Sequence record: OQ939939 | Reading direction: 5' to 3' (one strand) | DNA length: 64,000 bases | From: Escherichia phage SUT_E1620 | Part shown: in pieces, positions 38,803 to 47,139 of the stretch | How the letters are laid out: each line of letters opens with the position of its first letter | Numbering within the stretch: the stretch's first letter is position 1 | The notes under the pieces: model-generated | The model's input: only the letters and a program-made list of their open reading frames with translations | What the model was told of the DNA's origin: nothing | Database searches by the model: none | Translations under genes and position numbers: made by a program

Positions 38803-39499
38803 GGCGTTTTCCTTTCTCTTTATCGAGTTTCAAGGCAGCTTTAACAGCTTCATTAACCAATGTGATAACTTCTTCACGACTCCACTTAAAGCCTAGAGCT
38901 TTAACATCAACTCCCAGCTTTTCCAGATGTTTAACAGAAGCTAATTCGTAGTGCATATAGTGAACGTTCTGTTGTTTACCTTCTGATAACAACCAGACAC
39001 GATAACAACCAACTGGGTTAGTCATTGCTTTCTTGATTTCACCAATACACTGATAGCCAGGAACCCAAACAAGTTCACCAACTTCAAATTCTTCTGCCAT
39101 TGCATCATCAGGAATCAACGGAGGATTCAATGGATCAACAATATCGTTTAAACGAAGCAGAGCACCATAACGTTCCAGAACAGATTTAATCATCGCTACA
39201 GAACGATAGTTACGATCAGCAATTTCTTCAAAAGAATCACCAGAAAGATACTGTTCAATTACGTTTGCAAGCTCAACACCTTCAATCAGTGTTCCACGCT
39301 TCTTCTTTTTCATTTCCGCAACCTGAACCTGACGATCTCTCCATTCTTCAATCATTCGTTCCATAGTTGGGTTAGAAGAAACACCGAGCATTTCACATGC
39401 TGCTTTCTTAGTACCACCATTCTCCAAATGTTCAATAACCTTTTTAAAGGTTTCATCAGGGATTTCATGGATAAGTTTCTTTCTACGAGAACCAGCCAT
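38795..39499 (-). CDS. putative HTH DNA-binding protein
   Basis: 234 aa; N-terminal GTKKAACEMLGVSSNPTMERMIEEW helix-turn-helix-like segment; transcribed from the best T5-consensus promoter in the window. Confidence 0.4.
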   Translation of the reverse strand: MAGSRRKKLIHEIPDETFKKVIEHLENGGTKKAACEMLGVSSNPTMERMIEEWRDRQVQVAEMKKKKRGTLIEGVELANVIEQYLSGDSFEEIADRNYRSVAMIKSVLERYGALLRLNDIVDPLNPPLIPDDAMAEEFEVGELVWVPGYQCIGEIKKAMTNPVGCYRVWLLSEGKQQNVHYMHYELASVKHLEKLGVDVKALGFKWSREEVITLVNEAVKAALKLDKEKGKRRE

Positions 39500-39530
39500 A
39501 TTTAAACTCCTCTCTCAAATTTATGAATCT

Positions 39531-39559
39531 ATTATACAGAAAATTTTTGCATAAAGCAA
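39531..39559 (-). promoter_or_regulatory. T5-type early promoter closely resembling the classic T5 PN25 promoter
   Basis: TTGCTT-17-TATAAT followed by AGATTCATAAATTTGAGAGAGGAGTTT, matching the PN25 initial transcribed region as I recall it. Confidence 0.6.
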
Positions 39560-39567
39560 GAAAATTT

Positions 39568-40026
39568 TTAAACTGGATACAGTTCAGCTTTGAAAGCGGC
39601 TCTAACCTCTATGGCCTCTTCTAGAGAACTGCACTGTTGGTACTTACGAACACCATGCTTCTGCATCAACACACAGTATTTTTCACCGCGCATGTAGATA
39701 TTGGGTTCACCTAACTTATTATCTTTCCGCACGTCTATGTTGTGCATTTGATCAGATCTATTGGAATCTTCTAGGTTCTCAATAAAATTACAGTCTTTTA
39801 TTCTATTCTTGTGGTCTATTTCTTCGGGAATATAGCCCTTATGATATAGAAATACTAGCTGATGCTCTCCCCAATGACGACGTTTGAATCCAATTCTGAT
39901 ATACCCTTTGTGCTTACCGCCAGCAAATTGACCTATTAGTCTCTTCTGTGTGGTTTTCTTCCATTTAAGATGTCCGGTTTCAGGATCATACTCAAAGGCT
40001 TCTCTAACTTCCTCTTGAGTTATCAT
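39568..40026 (-). CDS. HNH homing endonuclease
   Basis: 152 aa; YIRIGFKRRHWGEHQLVFLYHKGYIPEEIDHKNRIKDCN HNH motif; AP2-like C-terminal segment. Confidence 0.65.
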   Translation of the reverse strand: MITQEEVREAFEYDPETGHLKWKKTTQKRLIGQFAGGKHKGYIRIGFKRRHWGEHQLVFLYHKGYIPEEIDHKNRIKDCNFIENLEDSNRSDQMHNIDVRKDNKLGEPNIYMRGEKYCVLMQKHGVRKYQQCSSLEEAIEVRAAFKAELYPV

Positions 40027-40288
40027 TTTCTTTAATAAGTTCCCCTAATTCTCTATAAACTTGGTCGAGTTCAAACCCTATTCGTAAGGATATCCGCACC
40101 TTCCGTTGTTTTAGTAACCAAATAGACACATTTGGGATACCTGCTAACCTCGGAGGAACTACACGACATAGTTTCTCCGCAGTATCGTAAACAGAAGTTT
40201 TACGTTCTTTTATGGGAAACTTCCTTGTTTCCCACTTTTTATTCTTCACTATCATTTCTAGCTCCCAATTCAGCAAGAGCTTCCTCAT
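40004..40288 (-). CDS. hypothetical small protein (doubtful)
   Basis: 94 aa ORF overlapping the 3' end of the large helicase gene and the 5' end of the HNH gene. Confidence 0.2.
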   Translation of the reverse strand: MRKLLLNWELEMIVKNKKWETRKFPIKERKTSVYDTAEKLCRVVPPRLAGIPNVSIWLLKQRKVRISLRIGFELDQVYRELGELIKENDNSRGS

Positions 40289-43151
40289 GCATCTGACGTT
40301 CTTCGTCTGTCATAAACTTAACTGGAATCGGCATACATTCGATCTTACAGTAAGTTCTGTACCAGTCCACAATCTTTTCCGTATCCAGATCTTTACCGAT
40401 ACCCATCATGCCAAGATACATACGAGCATATTTTGGGTTAGCACTCTGACCTGTCTTAAGGAAGAAATCCTTCTTCTTATTCTTAAGAGCTTCGATAAAC
40501 GGTTTGATTGTTACATTTGAACACTTCTTAATATCTTCCCAGAACATGTCGTGCATCTTATGGAAGAATGCAGCTCTATCGTTTGGTTTATCCTTGATAT
40601 ACTGTTCAACGTGTTCCACTGTTACATCTTTAATAGAATCCAGATGATAATAGCGAACCAGAAGTAACTTGGCTTCATAGGCATCTGCATGACGTGGTGC
40701 GCAATATTCAGGAGTTGAGTGCAAAATAGCTTTGATTCGCTCTTCTGTATACTCTTTGCCTGCACCTTCGATAGTCCCCCAGCTTTCACTGAAGATATCA
40801 ATAGTTGCACCTTGATCGAGAAGATAATAACGCAAAGTACTGGTATAGTTTCTAGATTCCAGCTCACGACGGCGTGCGTACAGTTGCTGAGCTAACTCAA
40901 TCCAACCCTCGTCAATATTATATTGCTCGGAACCCGCAGAGAATCCACTCGTAGATTTATCAATAAAATAATAAATGTTCTGAGCACCACGGTCGCGCCT
41001 GATTGCTTGAAAACGCATGTTTGGCGCTTGGTTTGAGGTTCTAGTGATTACGAATACGTTATCAAAATAGTTAAAGTCAACACCACTCGTTACAGATGGA
41101 CTACATAACAAACAATCAATCTGTTGATCAATTAGCTCATTAGTTGTATAATCCAGAATACGTCGGATATCTACATCAGACGTAGAGTTTGAGTGAATTT
41201 CTTTAACTAACGCACCAGTATTACGACGTAATGCCATTCCTTTTTCATTCAGTTCATCCGGTCCACAGTCAGATACTAGGATTGACTTCTCACCCATCTC
41301 TAGAGATGTTTGAAGTGCAACCCAAATACTGGATTCGTCAGGGAATTCATAAGCGTGAGCTTTCGCCAGCATTTTACGGTGATGATTATAGAATGCAACT
41401 GGTTTATCAAAATCAATCAAAGAACCATAGGCTTCAATCGTTTCTGCACTGATATCACCATCAGATAAGATAACAGTTTTAGCAGTAATAAGGATATCAC
41501 GAAGAACCTGAATACATTCACGACGGTTTTTAACAACCGGAGCGAATAACAGATCATTCATTACTGCGTCACATTCATCAATAAAGATCGTATCAATCTG
41601 ACCCACAAAGCTCTTGAACTTATGGATAGAGTGAATAGTTGAAGACATACGATCAATAGCACCACGTTTGAAGTTCAGCATATCAACTGACTTATCATAC
41701 TGGCCAGCACCGAATTTCTTCGCGTTAGAAGATACAAGTGCCCTAGTATTTGTGATTGCAATAAAGTTTCCTGGAAGAACACCTGCATCTAGCCACTTAG
41801 TTACTGCTGTAGTTTTACCCGTACCAAGACTTGCCTTAACAAATGTTAAATGTCCTTTTGGGGGTACAATGTTAATCTTCAGGTATGGAACTTCGGGAGG
41901 TGAATCTGTATCCAGACGTTTTAATGGTACGCCTTTTAAGTTGGGCGGAATCTCACGTTTGGAGTTATTTACAAATGCTTTGAGAGCCTGCTTACGACCG
42001 TTATTAAAGTAATCTTGAATATTACGACTATTATCTTTAGTTGCAATATATTCAGATAAAGCTGGTTTAATCTCACGTTCTAACCACGTAAAGTCAACAC
42101 CATCTTCTAACGCTCTGTGATAAAGTTTTGGGATAATACGCAGGTACACTCCATCCTCAGCTTCTTCTAGCTCGCTGATGGTTTCTTCCACTTTATCAGA
42201 TGCAGCCTTCTTGCCTTTAATTTGGTCAAGTAAGGAGTAGAATTCTTCTTTGAACTCACCTCTAGTTGTTTCAAAGTCAACTAGGTTATTAGGTAGATTC
42301 ACCTTCGAACCCTTAACATACACAAGACGTGGTTTATTCTCCGCTTTAAACGGATCGACTATACCATCATCAAATAGGGGATCTGCAAAATAGTGAAGCT
42401 GAACAGAAGAATAATAAGCTAAGTCAGCAATATCAAAGCCATACTTTTGCTTACTACTGTCATTTATAGATGTAAATAAGAACTTTAACTGTCCCTGCGT
42501 TACCTTGACATTAGATTCTAGCATTAAGTGCATTCGGATACCTGGTTTTAATCCAGCCGAAGACGATGCATGGGCAATAAACCCTGCATCAAGAGGAAAC
42601 ATATCCTCACTAATACTATTCAACATCTTAATAATATGACGTGCCATGCCAACAAGATTAAACTTGTCATAGCCCCCAGTATCTACAATACCATCCACGT
42701 CCATAGCAATAATATGACTAGGATTGGATACGTTAAAGTTTCCTCTGGTACGACGCACATTATCTTTTGGAGCTAAACATTTACCACGAATAGCTACAAT
42801 ATGCGGGTCTTTGGTAAGACGACGCATGATAGGTAACATTTCAGCAAGGTTTTGCGGGTCAAGTTCTTCAAGTACATCAAATTTGAAGGGCATGGAAGCT
42901 GGTTTACCTTCTGGATGCTCTTTAGAGAATCGCTTTGCAAAGGTGTAATCTTCCACTTTGATCTCTTTCCAGATGCCAGTGGCTTTATCTCTGGAAAATC
43001 CTGCGTGACCTTGTAGGATTGAGAACACAACAATACTCCTATGTTGGTTATTCGGATATCTTTCTTTAGGACTATTCAAAAGAATAGAACAACTATTACT
43101 ACCATTTACACAAACATTAATCATCATCAAGCAGTATGAATAAGTTATCAT
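40239..43151 (-). CDS. origin-binding-protein-like SF2 helicase
   Basis: Walker A SLGTGKTT and Walker B IFIDECD; probable true start is a GTG about 41 codons into the track ORF (near 43028), preceded by AGGAG. Confidence 0.55.
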   Translation of the reverse strand: MITYSYCLMMINVCVNGSNSCSILLNSPKERYPNNQHRSIVVFSILQGHAGFSRDKATGIWKEIKVEDYTFAKRFSKEHPEGKPASMPFKFDVLEELDPQNLAEMLPIMRRLTKDPHIVAIRGKCLAPKDNVRRTRGNFNVSNPSHIIAMDVDGIVDTGGYDKFNLVGMARHIIKMLNSISEDMFPLDAGFIAHASSSAGLKPGIRMHLMLESNVKVTQGQLKFLFTSINDSSKQKYGFDIADLAYYSSVQLHYFADPLFDDGIVDPFKAENKPRLVYVKGSKVNLPNNLVDFETTRGEFKEEFYSLLDQIKGKKAASDKVEETISELEEAEDGVYLRIIPKLYHRALEDGVDFTWLEREIKPALSEYIATKDNSRNIQDYFNNGRKQALKAFVNNSKREIPPNLKGVPLKRLDTDSPPEVPYLKINIVPPKGHLTFVKASLGTGKTTAVTKWLDAGVLPGNFIAITNTRALVSSNAKKFGAGQYDKSVDMLNFKRGAIDRMSSTIHSIHKFKSFVGQIDTIFIDECDAVMNDLLFAPVVKNRRECIQVLRDILITAKTVILSDGDISAETIEAYGSLIDFDKPVAFYNHHRKMLAKAHAYEFPDESSIWVALQTSLEMGEKSILVSDCGPDELNEKGMALRRNTGALVKEIHSNSTSDVDIRRILDYTTNELIDQQIDCLLCSPSVTSGVDFNYFDNVFVITRTSNQAPNMRFQAIRRDRGAQNIYYFIDKSTSGFSAGSEQYNIDEGWIELAQQLYARRRELESRNYTSTLRYYLLDQGATIDIFSESWGTIEGAGKEYTEERIKAILHSTPEYCAPRHADAYEAKLLLVRYYHLDSIKDVTVEHVEQYIKDKPNDRAAFFHKMHDMFWEDIKKCSNVTIKPFIEALKNKKKDFFLKTGQSANPKYARMYLGMMGIGKDLDTEKIVDWYRTYCKIECMPIPVKFMTDEERQMHEEALAELGARNDSEE

Positions 43152-43522
43152 ACCTCAGTGCTGCGCTCTCTTAACTCTTATCCAGATCAGAACCTAGGTC
43201 ATTGGCCGCTAAGCCGATTCTGATTGCCCTCACTATCCTATTGGTAGGTGGCTACTGGACGTGTCACCATTCGCTGCTCTTTTCGTTCGCACCCCCATAT
43301 AAAGCTCTGCCTATATAACGAGCTAAATATGCACGGTTTGGATTTACCTTTCCGAATTCAGGGTACGCAGATCACTTAATTGATAATTAACTAATGCAGT
43401 ATAAACACTAGTAATAGTTAAAACAACCCTTAATGGGGCAGCCTAACTGTTCCGTATTGCGGATTGTAAACAAGAAAAATTAGCAAAATCAATTTTTACT
43501 AATGTCTCTCATTTATGGGAAT

Positions 43523-43552
43523 ATTATACTATAAAATAATACTCCCTTGCAA
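43523..43552 (-). promoter_or_regulatory. promoter directed into ORF-free region upstream of origin-binding-helicase-like gene
   Basis: TTGCAA-18-TATAAT on - strand. Confidence 0.45.
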
Positions 43553-43560
43553 ATGAAATT

Positions 43561-44067
43561 TTACTGGATTGATTCCCTACCGTATAATTGACCTCTAAAC
43601 ATCTTGGCCATAGAACATGCAACCTCATAGTTGTCATATGTTCCTTTAACTATACGTTTACGGTTAATAGTAAATACTACTTGCCAATTCTTACTACCAG
43701 AAGGGTAAACATGCATTCCTTTCTTATATTTGATATTTCTTAGATTACCGGATACTGTTTGCTCTCTAAGATTTTCAATACGATCATCACCTTTTATAGT
43801 ATTCACATGATCTACTAAATCAGGTAAGTATCCATGATGCATTAAAAATATTGCTCTATGCCGAAGCATAGTCCTATTCCCTAGAGATATACGATAATAT
43901 CCGTTACCCGTAGAAACACAACATTCTTTCCCTGCATTTCTTCCTGTAGTTCTAAATAACTTACCATCTTCATATCGGAAGTTATCTAAAAGTTCTTGCT
44001 GTGTGAATGACATCCTCACCTCCAATACATATATTATTACATAATCCATCCAAATTGTCAACGACAA
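43561..44067 (-). CDS. HNH homing endonuclease
   Basis: HNH motif (HRAIFLMHHGYLPDLVDHVNTIKGDDRIENL); probable start at internal Met (MSFTQQ, about 44013) preceded by GGAGG. Confidence 0.6.
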   Translation of the reverse strand: MSLTIWMDYVIIYVLEVRMSFTQQELLDNFRYEDGKLFRTTGRNAGKECCVSTGNGYYRISLGNRTMLRHRAIFLMHHGYLPDLVDHVNTIKGDDRIENLREQTVSGNLRNIKYKKGMHVYPSGSKNWQVVFTINRKRIVKGTYDNYEVACSMAKMFRGQLYGRESIQ

Positions 44068-44070
44068 TTT
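44052..44070. promoter_or_regulatory. perfect 19-bp palindrome, candidate protein-binding site
   Basis: AAATTGTC-AAC-GACAATTT in the intergenic region upstream of the HNH gene. Confidence 0.3.
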
Positions 44071-44152
44071 ATTTTGACTGTCAATCGACTGGAAAGATTA
44101 CGTAATAATCCGAGCACTAATAGCCCGGATTACAAATTTCAGCTAATAAAAA

Positions 44153-44548
44153 TCATTCATCATTTAAGCCCGAAACATAAATCCCAACACGATTTAATTG
44201 TTCTTTAGCTTCTGCGAGAATATTTGGAGTGTACTCCCAAATATCATCTTCCACCTGTAAAAGATGGGGCGAACAACCGTCATCAGGCACACGACATATG
44301 GCCAAACCACGTGGATGGAATATAGAGAAGTTTAGGGCAACAATCAAGCCCATGCTGGACAATTCATTCCAGTCAGCTTCCCAACCATCATCTTCATTTT
44401 CGTCCACAAAGACACCTACACTAGGGTCTGTTACAGAAGTAAACGGAAATGTTACACTAACCTTGTCAACCCCCCACCAACGTGCAAGGAGCCCCTCAGC
44501 ACGCTCTACCAAACTAGGATCTATCTGACGCCAAAATACTTGTTCCAT
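44153..44548 (-). CDS. hypothetical protein, paralog A of a tandem pair
   Basis: 131 aa; about 35 percent identity by eye to the adjacent 142-aa ORF (shared W..ELxxMGL..ALN...P...SP...G). Confidence 0.45.
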   Translation of the reverse strand: MEQVFWRQIDPSLVERAEGLLARWWGVDKVSVTFPFTSVTDPSVGVFVDENEDDGWEADWNELSSMGLIVALNFSIFHPRGLAICRVPDDGCSPHLLQVEDDIWEYTPNILAEAKEQLNRVGIYVSGLNDE

Positions 44549-44557
44549 TCTGCCTCC

Positions 44558-44986
44558 TTAAGCAGTTAAACCTGGGATCATATACCCGAAACGACGAAGT
44601 TTCTGAATTCCCTCATTTACTTCCTCGGGCGAATATGACCAGCCCTCACGTTCATTTACCTGGAAAGCAGGAGCTTCACCAGTGCGATAATTTACAATAA
44701 GACGGTGATTTGCAGGCATAAACAGCTTATGGTTCAAGGCAAAAACCAGACCCATTTCATCGAGTTCTTTCCAGTCTACAATCTCTTCTACTCCCTCCCC
44801 TAAATCCACGCTAACTCCAATACACGGAGCTTCCTCTAGCGGGCCTTTAAAGGATAAGAAGATATCGTTATTCTCACACCAAATCTTGAGCAGATTGATG
44901 GTTTCATTATACATACCATTAGGGAGAGAGCGCCAGAAGTTGAGAAGCATAGGATTTACCTCTTTCATGAAAATATTATTGAACAT
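44558..44986 (-). CDS. hypothetical protein, paralog B of a tandem pair
   Basis: 142 aa; homologous to adjacent 131-aa ORF. Confidence 0.45.
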   Translation of the reverse strand: MFNNIFMKEVNPMLLNFWRSLPNGMYNETINLLKIWCENNDIFLSFKGPLEEAPCIGVSVDLGEGVEEIVDWKELDEMGLVFALNHKLFMPANHRLIVNYRTGEAPAFQVNEREGWSYSPEEVNEGIQKLRRFGYMIPGLTA

Positions 44987-44988
44987 GC

Positions 44989-45528
44989 TTATACCTTAAG
45001 TTTCTGAAGAGCCTTACACATTTCAAGATCTGGACTAAATTCCAGCATATAGCTGATAGCATTTAAATCTTGAAGGTTTATTCCAGTCCTACCATTTACA
45101 ATAACAGTAGGAAATTGGTACATCATAGCACCAGCATCATCTAGGACGCACCAATGCTTGAGCTTATGTTTTTCTACGAAACGTAAGACAGAATTACCTC
45201 GAGATAAACCACCTCCAGTAAAATCTGTTGTACCAAGGAAACGATCGATCAAACCGAGCCCGGTCATAATCTGAACGTTCTCCATCTCGTTTCGTACAGA
45301 AAACCATGAAGATACCCCAACAATCATTATTGGAGAAGGTTTAAGGAAGTTCTGAAAAGCCTGGAGTAATGGCTTATAAACCCAATCACTACCAAAGAAT
45401 AGCTTTTCACTATCTGGAGCATGATGGTGAGAGATGCTCGAATTGAGCACCCCATCAATATCCAGGAAAATTATAGGAGTATTACTTATTTCCACCAGTA
45501 GCATCCCACGTCCAGACTTTAACTTCAT
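44989..45528 (-). CDS. HAD-superfamily phosphatase-like protein
   Basis: 179 aa; motif I FLDIDGVLN near N-terminus; probable start at internal Met (MLLVEISN...). Confidence 0.4.
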   Translation of the reverse strand: MKLKSGRGMLLVEISNTPIIFLDIDGVLNSSISHHHAPDSEKLFFGSDWVYKPLLQAFQNFLKPSPIMIVGVSSWFSVRNEMENVQIMTGLGLIDRFLGTTDFTGGGLSRGNSVLRFVEKHKLKHWCVLDDAGAMMYQFPTVIVNGRTGINLQDLNAISYMLEFSPDLEMCKALQKLKV

Positions 45529-45667
45529 CAGTAAAAGGAACTGGAACCTTCAGCTCACCTTTACCCCACATAACAGATAGGAACAGAGAATAAATGGTAA
45601 TCATACCGATTAGGTTGACAAACCATACTAGACCTTTCCAGATACCCTTAAAAATCTTCTTTATCAT
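45482..45667 (-). CDS. small membrane protein
   Basis: 61 aa with one hydrophobic helix (WFVNLIGMITIYSLFLSVMW). Confidence 0.3.
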   Translation of the reverse strand: MIKKIFKGIWKGLVWFVNLIGMITIYSLFLSVMWGKGELKVPVPFTDEVKVWTWDATGGNK

Positions 45668-45879
45668 TCGTTCTCCTCTAGGAACGCTTTATGTTCCGGT
45701 GTGTCGATATAGATTACACAGAAATCATCTGACATATAATCCATTTCCCACAACTCTTCACGATAGCACCATGTTTTATCTGGCCATACAATTATATCAT
45801 CAGGGTGTCTTTTAGGTGATTTGTAAAATCGGGGATCTGATCCCATATCTCCCATTTTACCCTTATTAGGATGCGACAT
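45664..45879 (-). CDS. hypothetical protein
   Basis: 71 aa; coupled to flanking genes by 4-nt overlaps. Confidence 0.3.
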   Translation of the reverse strand: MSHPNKGKMGDMGSDPRFYKSPKRHPDDIIVWPDKTWCYREELWEMDYMSDDFCVIYIDTPEHKAFLEENE

Positions 45880-46708
45880 AAATAGTTCCTTCCATAAAGG
45901 CTTCTACTTGACCAATGAAATGCTTGTTACCAAAAACTTCGGCAGCTCCAGCACGCCATACAGTAACACCACGTTTCTCATACTCAAGCTGTTCGTCATA
46001 ACGAACTTGTGGGTTAACAACCATCATCTTAGTTCCACGACATACAGCAGGAAATAGCTCCCAGTTGAAGTCGATTACTTGGTTGCTACAACCTACTACA
46101 ATAACCATATCATTGCTAGTAAGTGTATCAAACAGGTTAATCTGACCCATATACCACGGAGCCGTCTCACCAAAGAATGTTACGTTTGGTTTTACCCATT
46201 CGTAATCCTCAGGGGCAATCGCAGTATACCCAACATCTTCGATGATTTGGTTGCGACCCTGACGATAGATCACCTCTTTCAAGTACCCGTGAGCGTGAAT
46301 GATTTCATCACGAGGGATACCAGCACGTTCCAGAAGGTCATCAACGTTAGTAGTGAAGTTCTTCACGCTATCCGCACCATAACGCTGGAACCATTCTGCA
46401 ATTCGCAGATGGGCAATGTTAGGCTCAACAGTCTGTAATTCCTGACGACGCATATTGTAGAACTCATGAGTCTTGAGATACAGATCGTTACCATCTTCAT
46501 CAATGCCATGGAAACGAGCACTGAAGTAGTTAGGGTCATCTTCACCACAGAAGCGACGGAAGCCAGCTTCAAAGTTAGGCAAGCTACATACTTCCTCTAG
46601 ATCGTACTCATCCCACAAGGATTTCCCACTAGCAGTATCAGTACGGAAAGCACGAACACCACTATCTACACTCAAACCTGCACCACTAACAACGATTAGT
46701 CTACGCAT
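45866..46708 (-). CDS. Sir2-family (sirtuin-like) NAD+-binding protein lacking the Zn-ribbon
   Basis: 280 aa; sirtuin motifs in order: GAGLSVDSGVRAFR, NIAHLRIAEW, TTNVDDL, HG, FFGE, VVGCS, VVN; no Cys pairs between HG and FGE. Confidence 0.65.
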   Translation of the reverse strand: MRRLIVVSGAGLSVDSGVRAFRTDTASGKSLWDEYDLEEVCSLPNFEAGFRRFCGEDDPNYFSARFHGIDEDGNDLYLKTHEFYNMRRQELQTVEPNIAHLRIAEWFQRYGADSVKNFTTNVDDLLERAGIPRDEIIHAHGYLKEVIYRQGRNQIIEDVGYTAIAPEDYEWVKPNVTFFGETAPWYMGQINLFDTLTSNDMVIVVGCSNQVIDFNWELFPAVCRGTKMMVVNPQVRYDEQLEYEKRGVTVWRAGAAEVFGNKHFIGQVEAFMEGTIYVAS

Positions 46709-46986
46709 TATACGATTCCTTGCTTGAATCCTTCGATGATATTTTGGAGCAGAATTGCTTCTTCTGGGCGAACCTTCTCTTGCTTAATAAGCATATCCAA
46801 ACCAGCAATACAAGTAGCTACCCCAGCATTATATCCAGCATTCCACTGCTCCATGAGCATATTTTCTAAATTACTTTTTAGATTCTGATTCAAGAAGTCC
46901 ATAAAGTTTTTCCTCCAATTCCATAATACGATTTTCGTAAGAAGCACGCAGCTTCTCGATGGACAAAGCACGAACTGTAACTTCAT
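46708..46986 (-). CDS. hypothetical protein
   Basis: 92-aa ORF; probable start at internal Met because the 5' part overlaps the upstream ORF. Confidence 0.3.
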   Translation of the reverse strand: MKLQFVLCPSRSCVLLTKIVLWNWRKNFMDFLNQNLKSNLENMLMEQWNAGYNAGVATCIAGLDMLIKQEKVRPEEAILLQNIIEGFKQGIV

Positions 46987-47089
46987 CTGAATTGATCGCT
47001 AGCTGAGCTAGATCTTCTGTTTCCATACGTCCGTTGTAAATTAAGCGATACTTAAGATGTTTTACGTTTTTCATATTTTCTCCTCTCAA
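46871..47089 (-). CDS. hypothetical protein
   Basis: 72 aa; first gene behind promoter at about 47091-47119; SD GGAGAA. Confidence 0.3.
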   Translation of the reverse strand: MRGENMKNVKHLKYRLIYNGRMETEDLAQLAINSDEVTVRALSIEKLRASYENRIMELEEKLYGLLESESKK

Positions 47090-47090
47090 A

Positions 47091-47119
47091 TTTATGAGAA
47101 TATAATATCAAATAAAAGC
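47091..47119 (-). promoter_or_regulatory. promoter of the Sir2-containing accessory operon
   Basis: TTGCTT-17-TATTAT followed by TCATAAATTTGAGAGGAGAAAATATG. Confidence 0.5.
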
Positions 47120-47139
47120 GATATAAGCAAGTACTTTAT

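Noticed and set aside
41231-42948. Several 60-115 aa ORFs on both strands within the 970-aa helicase-like gene
   Set aside because: Embedded in a long, motif-supported ORF; no independent expression signals.
43152-43500. Possible tRNA genes in the ORF-free leader
   Set aside because: No T-arm-like GTTCGA/TTCGAA motifs or cloverleaf-compatible segments found on either strand; region retained only as a candidate structured leader or origin.
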